This document shows, piece after piece, positions 52,455 through 64,000 of a stretch of DNA of 64,000 nucleotides (positions are counted from its first letter, which is position 1; each line of letters opens with the position of its first letter). A program made the translations under genes and the position numbers. Source of the stretch: Octopus sinensis (lineage: Eukaryota); NCBI RefSeq assembly GCF_006345805.1, contig NC_043001.1:75578001-75642000 (forward strand), read 5' to 3'. The notes beneath the pieces were generated by a model that searched no databases, was not told the DNA's origin, and worked only from the letters and a program-made list of their open reading frames with translations.

Positions 52455-53619
52455 GATTAATCCATGAATCCACTTTCGAAGTCGATGACTGCTTCAGTTT
52501 AGGACTGGAACCGTTGATATTCCTGCACTACATGGTTCTTATTAATCTGAGACACCACCAGGGCAATGGTGACTTTCAGTAACGCTATAATATTGTGAGG
52601 ATGTCGATTCCTCAACCTCCCTTTCCCCAACGCTCCATATATAATAGTCTATCGGATTTAAATCTAGCGAGTTTTGAGGCTACAGGTTTAATGATACACG
52701 TCTATTGTTTTCGGTTACATGAATTTTTGCGAGAGTGTTGAGGCTTGTTTAGATACGCGTGGACTTCCATTACATGCTGTATCCATCCAGAGCTTAACAA
52801 CTGTCTCTAGCACTTTAACGCCCTCAAGTAGCATTAATTCTAAGAGTCTTTGTAAATATGTGTAGTGGCATGACATGACCTCCGCTACTTATCAGTCCTA
52901 AAACCGTCAAAGTTGCTGGGACATCAGAACGATCTGCATGTAACCAGTTGTCATCTGTCCTGTTAGACTTTTGGTTTAGTCAAAGTTCTGTGATGAGTAA
53001 GTACCAACAGCATGCCATATTCGCGAAGCTTTTAAGCTCCTTACGTAACTACTTGACATATTAAGCATTAGAGCATATGGGCATATACTTACATTAAATA
53101 TGACCGTATATGAAAAGAAAGGTATATTGGACATGAGAGCCTATTTGAACTCTCAATCTATTTCAATGTTAACCCATTTAAGACAATAATTCAACTATGA
53201 ATATTAAGTGCATTGGGCTGAGTCACGCTAAAATATGACAAAGGAATTTCTTGCGTCTTTGCAAATATGAATAGGCCTTTCCTCTCTACATACGACTTGT
53301 ATCAAGTGTCCTCAGCACCACAATCCTGAGACACCTCTCCTACATTGGAATGTTTTTGGTGATAGCCCTCACTGATTTTCTGGGATCACTATCGATAATG
53401 TTTTAAAGTTACTGTATAAAATGCGATGTCCTTTTGTGCCAGAATGTTGAAAAATGATTTTTCTTCTCTTTGATACATTTGAAAAATTCTCACCTGTGGC
53501 TTCCAACTCCATCCGAACATTGTGTACAAAAGATCTAGAAGCATTTAGAAAGCTGGCAATTTCCAAACCGCTGTGTTCCGCACAAATGGCCACAGCAGCA
53601 TGTTTGCATGTTTTTTCAT
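52455..53619 (-). mobile_element. DD37D/maT-like Tc1/mariner transposase remnant, fragmented
   Basis: N-terminus AICAEHSGLEIASFLNASRSFVHNVRMELE (53370-53619). Catalytic part TVLGLISSGGHVMPLHIF..VLETVVKLWMDTACNGSP..*PQNSLDLNPIDYYIWSVGEREV (52455-53000). Confidence 0.85.
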
Positions 53620-54134
53620 TTCTTGTGTTCGCATTTTGTATACCATGGGGAATCTGGAAAAAATACTTTTATTTGGTGAGAGAGAGAGTAATATATTAAT
53701 AAAGTGCCCTCAAATACCACCTGTGCTCCGCTCGTGTTTTGGTGGTGGTGTTGTTTTGTGCGCGTTGTCTCCTTTTCTCTTTCATCTTTTGTTCGTCTTC
53801 TTTGCCTGGTTCTTTTTATTGCCTTCCTCTTTTTCTTTTTCTTATTTTTTAATTTTTTCCTCGTCTTTATCTTCTTTTTCTTCTTTCTCTTCTTCCATTC
53901 TTTCTTTTCTCCTTTTCCCATATTCCCCACCATGGTAACCAAACGGTAGCCCCGAGCGACTTGCAACTCCCCTCACACCATTGCCCAGCCCATTTTACCC
54001 CCAGTGTAAATTTTGGCGCCAATCCGACCCCATCTACCGCCCCTTAAACCGTTCCCACCCCAAAATGAGACAAATAACCAACAAATCAAACAACTTTTTC
54101 ACATTTCAGCTTTATAGATATTGATGAGGAAGTG

Positions 54135-54345
54135 AGCTGGAAGAATCTTTAGCTGGCTGGACAAAATGCTTAACAGTATTTCTTTCGTCATTACGTTCTG
54201 AGTTCAAATTCCGCCGAGGTTGACTTTGCCTTTCATCCTTTCTGGGCCGATAAAATAAGTAACAGTTGAGCACTGGGGTCTATGTCATTGACTTAACCCC
54301 TCTCCCAAATCCGTTAACTTTGTGCCAAAATTTGAAACCAATATT
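54135..54345 (+). mobile_element. SINE S2
   Basis: Full head and core. Confidence 0.85.
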
Positions 54346-55689
54346 CTTTATTACATGGAAATAGCAACGAACGGCTTGTCATTCTTTTGTATCGATCTTT
54401 TGCTTAAAATTAAGTTATTTAGATTTTTAAAATATTCTTTTTTATTAATGCAGTTTTATTATTATAATATAATCTATGTCATTATATAATTCATAGTGTT
54501 GTATAATTTATAGTAATGTATATTAGTATTGATAGTGTTATATGATCTAATGCAGAATTAGTGAGGTCATATATGATTGGCTGCTCATGTGAATACATGC
54601 AATGCTTATCTGTAAGAATTGTTTTTTCAAAGATTCCACTTCTTATAGATGATGATCTGAATCTAACAATACAGAGTTGCGACAACTAAAGATCCTATCT
54701 GTTGCAGATCAATTTAATTTTAGTGATTGAAGACAAAATCGATTAATCTTTGTGAGATAGAAATAGAGAAGAAAATTGCTATAATATTCTATAATTCAAG
54801 CGAAAATACAATGAAACAATAAGCATTGAAATAATAAGCATCGAAAAAATGTCTGAAAATGAAACGTTAGAAAAACTACAATAAACATTCAGATAATTAA
54901 TGATGTTGTGGTAATTAATGAAATGATAAGTAATGAAACAATAAACAATGAAACAATCTACTGTTACTGATGAATTTATTCTAAACTGAGGTAATATTGT
55001 ATTTTATTGCTTTTACACATAGAGAAAAGAGACGTATGTGGATGTGAAATTTACTCGATAGATTCTTAGGGAAGCTTCTAAGATTTCGGTTCCATTTAAA
55101 TCATTATTTTCGGGAATCAGCATGGCGGGACCTATAATTCCTCAACATATAACCACAATCCTGTACATTATTGAGGAAATATTTATCAATGCGTGAGAGC
55201 TTTCATTGTTTACAATGGTTGGTGGAGTTAGGGTACTGTTTTTAGTCCGTTGTTCACATAGGTGAACTGGATTATTTGGAAGATAAGTGTCGTCGTAGCC
55301 AATACAGTGATGCCTGAATGGCAGAGGTATGATACTAGCCTGCTTCAAAGAAAAGAAGTGATAGAAAGAGACGAGACAGTACACCTGTAGGTTAGAGGCT
55401 AGATTTTATCAATCCATTGGTGACTGAATTCGAAGTAGTAGAGAGGTCCTTTTCTAGATGCTGTTCAAGCTGGAGGTTTGCGTAGTACCAGAAGTGAGGG
55501 TAGTATGCCTTCATCGTCCTCACTTGAGTTTGACAGAGTGTTAGCATCCGAGAGTAGCTGAAATATTTCCTAACACCAGAGAGATAAGCTAGTCTTTCAG
55601 ATGCCGTCCTAGCGCTGCTAAGGATATGCTTTTGCTAGGAGAAAGCATTGATGATAGTGCTGTCCAATATTTGGAGAGACTAAGGCGGA

Positions 55690-55900
55690 GACCTGTAAAA
55701 ATCGTTACCTCACCGAGCAAAATATTTAGTGGCATTTCTTCTGACTTTAGGTTCTAAGTTCAAATGCCACTGTGGTCAGTATTGCCTTTCATCCCTCAAG
55801 ATTCGATAAAATAAGTACCAGCCAAGCACTGAGGTCGATGTAATTGACTTAGCCCCCTACACCGAAATTGCTGGACTTGCACCTAAATTTGAACCCAGTA
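55690..55900 (+). mobile_element. SINE S2, degenerate
   Basis: Core gcctttcatccctcaagattcgataaaataagtaccag. Confidence 0.75.
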
Positions 55901-56692
55901 ATTGGGGAAACTGTTAGGACTGTAGCTGTGAATCATTCCCGTTTATTGGGGATGTGGTGTGGTAGTCGCTTCCTGATATGAATAATGCTTCGTTTTCGAG
56001 TTTGGATCAGAACAAACAAGGTTGCCATGGGTTTCACTTAAGGTTTCCATAGTATCGGTTATATAATATTCAATAATTAACCGAGTGTATAATGCATAAT
56101 CATAATTAACTTGTCATAAATTCTTTAACAAATTATCAAGGGAATTGAATTTGAATTACATTTGTGTAAATATGCCCCATCCCACTTTATATAAATAGTT
56201 TCGTTGTTGTAGCACTAAGCGTATGACAACATACATAATAGGATCAGGTTCTATAAAGCGATACATTGCAATAATATTCTTGTTGATATTTTCGTTATTT
56301 AGCCCCAGGTAAGCTGTTTGATCAAACCCATGATTAAACACACTCCGCCCATACCATCTCACCATACCATCATACATTGCAGTAGAGTAAACCTATAACT
56401 AAGGATGTTTTCTTCCTATCTGGTTATTATTATTTATAGCAGATCGAGTTACCACAAGAGGCTGCTTCATTGGCTGAAGAGGTCCCTTAGTAGGTTCCTG
56501 TATTGAAATCTAAATCTGTATATGTTAGTATTTAGCAGTTATTTATTACACGTAGCTACACACAAACATATATACTTCGCTCGTGTAGGTATATGTATGC
56601 ATGTGTATGTGTTGTGTGAATGTGAATACTCTCCATCAAGCACAGTGTGGAGTATATGTGTGTGTATGTATGCATATGTATATGATTATGTA

Positions 56693-56779
<87 letters not shown>

Positions 56780-57199
56780 ATGTAAAAATATTACGGATGA
56801 TATATTATAAATAATAAAGATTATTTATGAATATATCAATGGCCAAACATGTTATCATAAAATATAAAGAAAAACGTTTATAATTATGAACAAGTCACAA
56901 TCATATCTAAGGGAGCAAAGAAAACCCCTTACATATTAAAAACATCAGCCAAAACCGCTATAAAGCCATTACATCACTCATATTATTTCTCCTCACGACA
57001 AAAAACTGTCTTCGGGTGACATGGCATATAGAATTCACAACTTGAAAATAAGTGGTTAATTCCCCATTGCAATTTCGGCGTTCGGGACCACTTAAGGGAC
57101 CCATTCCCCTCGTCAGAGGAAATATTCCTATACATAGAAATCAAAATAAGATTTTACCTTAGGGCTAACATGAATCCCGTTTATGTGTGTGTGCATGTT

Positions 57200-57242
<43 letters not shown>

Positions 57243-57845
57243 GGAGAGAGAGAGAGAGGAGAGAGAGAAAGAGAGAGAGTGAAAGAGAGAGCGTAAACTG
57301 TGATCTTAATAACAACTTTCCTGTGTGCCAAGCGGTGACACCTAATTCAATATTAGTAAGATGATTTACGCTTTCTCTCGTCGTTATTGATATTTATTGT
57401 TCTAGACCAATTCGAGGTATTGACTTACAATGTACCAGTCGTAAAGTATTAGAGATCAATACTACTATCCCAGTTTAGGTATAATAATATCCTTTGTTCT
57501 TTAAACTTTACCATCATAGAAACAATATTTCATAAGCAAGGACATTTTCCGGACATTTAGAAATTAAAATAAACCTTGCCTACATTGCCGATATTTATGT
57601 CTTATACAAAACCCATTACTAAATGTTTTAAATCTTTTTGCAAACACATTATTGCCATCAATGCATTAAGTTTATGTCGTGTGCAGGTATACATAAATAT
57701 TGTTAACCACGTATACACAAACACACACACACACATACACACACAATACCTCTCTGTCTGTCTGTCTCTCTCTCTCTATCTTCGTACATACATATATGTA
57801 TATGAATATATATATACATATATATAAACATAAATACATATATAT

Positions 57846-57892
<47 letters not shown>

Positions 57893-57959
57893 ATATATAT
57901 ATATGTATGTACATATATACATATATGCATATATATGTACATGTGTGTGTGCCTGTGAA

Positions 57960-58220
57960 GGGGCATGGCTCAGTGGTTAGAGTATCGAGCTCACAATCAT
58001 GCAGTAATGAGTTCAATTCCTGGAACAGGTTGTGTGTTGTGTTCTTCTTCAAGACACTCTATCTCACGTTACTCCAGTTCATTCAGCTGCAGAAATGAGT
58101 TGCGAGTCATTGGTAAAGCCAAGCTTTATCGGCCTTTGCCTTTCCTTTGTATAACATTGGTGATGGGGTAAGGGGAGAGACTTGCTTGCATAGGCGACTG
58201 CTGGTCTTTCATAAACAACA
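57960..58220 (+). mobile_element. SINE S3/S-type
   Basis: tRNA-like head ggggcatggctcagtggttagagtatcg...gagttcaattcctgg and the S3 body. Confidence 0.8.
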
Positions 58221-58302
58221 TTGCCTGGACGGGAAGTTTCTAGATGCTTCCTATGGGATTGCATCTAGGAAGTTCCTCTCCTAGGCTCAAGTACAGGCAA
58301 GG

Positions 58303-58404
<102 letters not shown>

Positions 58405-58804
58405 ATATATATATAGTTATGGTGATGCAAATAGGGAAAAATAGAACTCAAAATATGAGTATATGTGTATATGTAGACTTATATTTGGCAGAAACAACAG
58501 AATGACTCAAAGTACCAACACACGGCCATACTGCCCTGAAGGGTTAGTAGTCGAACAAATCGATCCCCGTACTAAGTTTTTAAAATATGATAATTATACT
58601 ATTAGTCTCGTTTGCCGAATCGCCAAGTAAAGTGGACATAATCAAACCAACGCGTTTTGATTCAATGGGAGTGGGAAGCCCGGACCCAAAGACAGTGTTG
58701 TTTGAAGTCAGATCGTAACGCATTGAAATAAATACCGCAAAGCACTTTTTCGACGCTCTAATGAAACTGTCAGTCCACCAACTTAACATCACTATAAACA
58801 ATGA

Positions 58805-60219
58805 TTACAAATTTCAGCACAAGGCCAGCATTCTTTTTTTTTTTTTTTGCAGGGGCGGTTATGTCGGTTATATCGACACTAGTGATCAAGTAGTATTTAT
58901 TTCATCGATATAAGGATGAAAAGCAAAGTCGACTCGGGCAGAATTTGAACTCAGAACGTGAATGCCGCTAAGTACTTCGCTCACCGCGATAACAAATCTG
59001 GCAGCTTGCTGCTTTAGCATCAGTATTAATAATGATTTGAAATTTTTCACAAGGCCATCAATTTAGGGGAGTGGGCATGGCGATTCCTCAACTGCTACTT
59101 ATCTTATCACCCCCGAAATGATGAAAGGCAAAGTCAACCTCGGCGGAATTTGAACTCAGAACACAAAGACTGTTGAAATGTCGCTAAGCATTTTGCCCGG
59201 CGCGAGAACGAATTTGCCAGCTCACTGCCTTAACATCAGTACTAATAATCCTTTCTACTAAAGGCACAATTTCTGAAATTTTGGGGGAGGGCTCGCAGTA
59301 CGCAACTGGTACTTCATTTATCGACACCGAGAGGTTGCAAGGCAAAGTGGATCGCGGCGGAATTTCAACTCAGAACGTAACGGCAGACGAAATACCTATT
59401 TCTTTACTACCCACAAGGGGCTAAACACAGAGAGGACAAACAAGGACAGACAAACGGATTAAGTCGATTGCATCGACCCCAGTGCGTAACTGGTACTTAT
59501 TTAATCGACCCTGAAAAGATGAAAGGCAAAGTCGACCTCGGCGGAATTTGAACTCAGAGCGTAGCGGCAGACGAAGTACCTATTTCTTTATTACCCACAA
59601 GGGGCTAAACATAGAGGGGACAAACAAGGGCAGACAAACGGATTAAGTCGATTAAATCGACCCCAGTGCGTAACTGGTACTTAATTTATCGACCCCGAAA
59701 GGATGGAAGGCAAAGTCGACCTCGGCGGAATTTGAACTCAGAACACAAAGACTGTTGAAATGTCGCTAAGCATTTTGCCCGGCGCGAGAACGAATTTGCC
59801 AGCTCACTGCCTTAACATCAGTACTAATAATCCTTTCTACTAAAGGCACAATTTCTGAAATTTTGGGGGAGGGCTCGCAGTACGCAACTGGTACTTCATT
59901 TATCGACACCGAGAGGTTGCAAGGCAAAGTGGATCGCGGCGGAATTTCAACTCAGAACGTAACGGCAGACGAAATACCTATTTCTTTACTACCCACAAGG
60001 GGCTAAACATAGAGGGGACAAACAAGGGCAGACAAACGGATTAAGTCGATTGCATCGACCCCAGTGCGTAACTGGTACTTATTTAATCGACCCTGAAAAG
60101 ATGAAAGGCAAAGTCAACCTCGGCGGAATTTGAACTCAGAACGTGAATGCCGCTAAGTACTTCGCTCACCGCGATAACAAATCTGGCAGCTTGCTGCTTT
60201 AGCATCAGTATTAATAATG
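58805..60219 (-). repeat. Head-to-tail array of about 8 SINE S2 cores with an internal 582-bp-offset duplication and a 94-bp terminal repeat
   Basis: 59137-59533 resembles 59719-60115. 58941-59034 matches 60126-60219. 184-bp units start at 59397, 59581 and 59979. Confidence 0.92.
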
Positions 60220-60747
60220 TCTGCAAATACTTATTAGAATGTACCCTCTCTCATTGAGATCTATTCTTCAAACGTTGCTTCACTAAGTTAAATTTTGTCT
60301 AAGTACGTCATTGAAGTTCTTAATTATTTTACAAATTTCTTTCTAACATTTTAAAATCAATACTTAAGAACTGCACTTCTTTTGTCTGACTGATCTCGTT
60401 AAAGACTTAAATATTTTGAATGATAGAGGTTAACATTGCATTTCTTTGAAATAATAATGCAATTACGTATCTGTTGCTTCAAAAATCATTTGTAATAATC
60501 TATATGCAAAGCTAAAATCAATCACTTTGAGAGCTTTCAAGAAAATGAAATTATGGGTTGCCATCCATTTTCTTACGGTAAATGAAATAGAAAAATACTT
60601 CAGAGCCAACGCAAAAATATGAAAATCGTAAAATTAGACATTACGCATCTGGTGTATGTAGGGAAGTTATATTTGAATTTCATTGAAATTACATATACAT
60701 GCATAGATACATTTATGGGAATGTATACGTCTGTGCAAGGTGTGTCC

Positions 60748-60794
<47 letters not shown>

Positions 60795-60858
60795 AGAGAG
60801 AGAGAGAGAGAGATAGACAGATAGATATAGATAGATATAGATAGATATAGATAGATAA

Positions 60859-60907
<49 letters not shown>

Positions 60908-60993
60908 CAGACATACAGAAAGGCAGATAGACAAATATATGTATGTATGTATATATATATATATGTATGCGTGCGTATGCATGTATATATATT

Positions 60994-61069
<76 letters not shown>

Positions 61070-61192
61070 ATTTATAAAATAATTGTTGATAATATATTCA
61101 TATATAATTATATATATACTCTATATGTTATATCCATATATATATATTATATATATATGTATAAATGTATACACACACACACACACACACAC

Positions 61193-61282
<90 letters not shown>

Positions 61283-62059
61283 TGTGTTTCTACTATCACA
61301 TGGGTTAGTATTCATGATGTTAGTTTCTGAAGATATCATTTTCATTTAAAATAAATGGCTATGCCACACATCTTAGTGAAATTATATAGCTGAATAACCA
61401 AACTTAATACCTGCAAAGTGATATACAGGGATATGACTAAATACTTCAAATCGTCGTTAGTTGTTCTACAGATGCTAGAACACTCCTGTTTCGTACAACA
61501 TTAAGTATTATTAGCAATGGGCTATTTGCATTTCGTAGATAATCTTGTGTACCAGTAAATTCACATATACCATTTAAATTCTCCAGAAATGAGTGCATAT
61601 TATCATTGCAAATGAGTAATTTATCAAAAGGGGCTACACATTTCTAATGTCAAAGTCAGTCACAGATATTCATGAACGTTCCATCACATTAAATAAATGC
61701 TTAAACATCTCGGCAGAAAATTATAGTTCTAGATATCATCATTCATTATTAATGGCAATATATTTAACGTAGCCTAAGAATTCTATTCCTTCGACGTTAT
61801 TCATTACTCTATTGATTGTAGAAAGCTTAAATACTTGTCTGGTTTTGTAGATCTGACTGTTCCAACTTATATCGATTCGCAATACATTCAAGAACAACTG
61901 AGCAGGTCAGAATGTCAAGAGATCTTACAATACAGACATCCGTCTAATTATTTAAAATCAACATTTAAAATTATTTTGCAAGATGTATTAGTTTTTAGTG
62001 GCTGCCACTGACAAAGGTATTCTGAACTGCCAGATAAAGATGAGATATTAATGGTTTTT

Positions 62060-62225
62060 CTTTCCGTTCTCTACGTTCTGCCTTCAAATCCCTCCGAGTT
62101 CAACATTACCTTTCATTCCTTCTGGGTCGATAAAACAAAGTACAATTCAAGTAACGGGAACGATGTAATCTACATTCCCCTCCCTTCAAAGATGCTGACC
62201 TCCAAATTTGAAACAGCGTGGAGTC
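62060..62225 (+). mobile_element. SINE S2, degenerate (similar cores at about 62450-62600, 63000-63130 and 63940-64000)
   Basis: Core ttacctttcattccttctgggtcgataaaacaaagtac. Confidence 0.7.
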
Positions 62226-63354
62226 CCATTCTGATGGATTATTATGTTCTCGGTTACTTATATCCCACGGTCACCAGGTAGTTAGTTTTATCAGTCCTAG
62301 AGCTCGGGGAGAAATAATAACTTATCATAGCACAGCATTTCATAGAAAGAGAAAACAGACAGACAAGCTTTAGCGGATTTCGTTTGTGGCAGTCTGACAA
62401 AAAATCGTCAAATTCAGTTCAGTTTACAAGACTATAAAGCAGCGTGCTGGCAAAAACATTAGGGCGTAAGAAACATTGCTTAGCGGCATTACTTCCGGCT
62501 TTTTACGTACTAAGTATAAATTACACTGAGGACAACTCCGCCTTTCATCACTTTGGAATCGACAAAATAAATACCACGCAGGTACAAGGCACCATGTAGT
62601 TCACTTGTTCTTCACCTCAAATCTCAAATGTATCAGATTAGAGTTTTACAAGCTGTATATATACATACATAGACATTGATAGATAGACAGATATAAATAG
62701 TTATAGATCGACATGTAAATATACGCAAAAGTATATATATATGTATATATAACTCTTTAACTCGTTTTAATTTTTATGTTGCCGTCATGCTGGTGCACCA
62801 CCATATATATATATGCATTTACTATCATACAGTGAGAATCTGTACTCAAAACTACATTGGTGGATAAATATTCTTTATGTGTAGGTTAACAGGTCTGTCA
62901 ATGGTTTCACGTAAAGAGGAATGTCTTAACATTTAACACGTCTTCCTCGTGGAAATGTTAGTACCCGTCTCCATTTTGGAGCCAAGTGACAGAGTATATA
63001 GAGAGCCGGATGGATTGTTGAGTAGCGATCATTCCGGCTCTTTAGGCCTGAATTCAGACCTTGCCGAAGTCAATTTTGCCTTCCGTCTTCCGTAATCAAT
63101 AAATAAAGTACCGGTAGCTTACAGGAGTCGGTTTTTCTCTTCTGTTCTTTTTTCTTTCTGTCAGTTAGCCTATCTTCTGGAAGAAATTGCCTTTGGTAAG
63201 GGCAAAGGAACTGACTCTACAACGTTAAAAGAGACGAATGATGCTGTGTGTCACGAAGGCGCGCTGACGACTCCACAAAGTGTTCAAGAGGCTCATGCTA
63301 GATACACACAGACACACACTCACACATGCATAAATATACACACACCAAACCTAT

Positions 63355-63387
<33 letters not shown>

Positions 63388-63779
63388 GTATGTATATATA
63401 CATACACACACACATACACACACACACACATACACACACACTCATATACATATTGAGATACAATATGGTACTTGAAAAGATATACACCAGGTAGGGTTGG
63501 ATAAACCTGTGGTCACCTCTTATGGTTTTAATCAATATCAAATAAAACATACCGATTGTGTACACAGGAAAAATCAGCACTGAGTATTTAGCGCTTCGGG
63601 GCTGGTCCAAAGTACACGTCACGTTGATTGTACGTTGTCTGTATACTCCAGGGTGTCCGACGTGTCGTAATCCCCCATAGTGTATTAGAATATATATATC
63701 TATATCTATCTATATATCTATCTATCTTTCTATATATATATATTATATATATTTTTTGTATATATATATTATATATATA

Positions 63780-63811
<32 letters not shown>

Positions 63812-64000
63812 GTACTTACATACATACATACATACATACATACATGTGTAAGTTATACATATATATTTATGTATGTATATCGTTTGTAAAAAACAAATCC
63901 GAAAGAAAAGCACACTCTAAGTTGTTGAGCAGTATATATTTAATCCCTCCGAGTTCAATCTTACCTTTCATTCCTTCTGGGTCTATAAAACAAAGTACGA

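Noticed and set aside
53950-54065. C-rich tract as a G-quadruplex promoter on the minus strand
   Set aside because: G-runs are irregular and widely spaced, with no supporting gene context.
58805-60219. CRISPR-like repeat-spacer array
   Set aside because: The repeats are long SINE cores in a eukaryotic context, the spacers are themselves duplicated, and there are no cas genes.

Overview
AT-rich eukaryotic intronic or intergenic DNA, dense in microsatellites and repeats. The SINE, mariner and Penelope families look like those of octopod cephalopods (inference). No intact protein-coding gene can be supported, and most track ORFs are microsatellite artefacts. Coding remnants include four Tc1/mariner-type transposases, a DD37D/maT-like transposase, a LINE ORF1 with a CCHC knuckle, a CR1-type RT, two R4/Dong-like N-termini and two Penelope-like (Naiad-type) GIY-YIG endonucleases. 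There is also possibly a decayed MFS-transporter pseudogene. At least four tRNA-derived SINE families are present, plus several MITE-like inverted repeats. The most interesting signal is a set of type I minimal hammerhead ribozyme (HHR) motifs in about five short non-autonomous repeat families. These include a tRNA-headed SINE-like element with an HHR in its tail, a 456-bp palindrome with two inverted HHRs, and a family with a recurrent non-canonical CUGU core. All alignments, translations and folds were done by eye, and family names need database confirmation.
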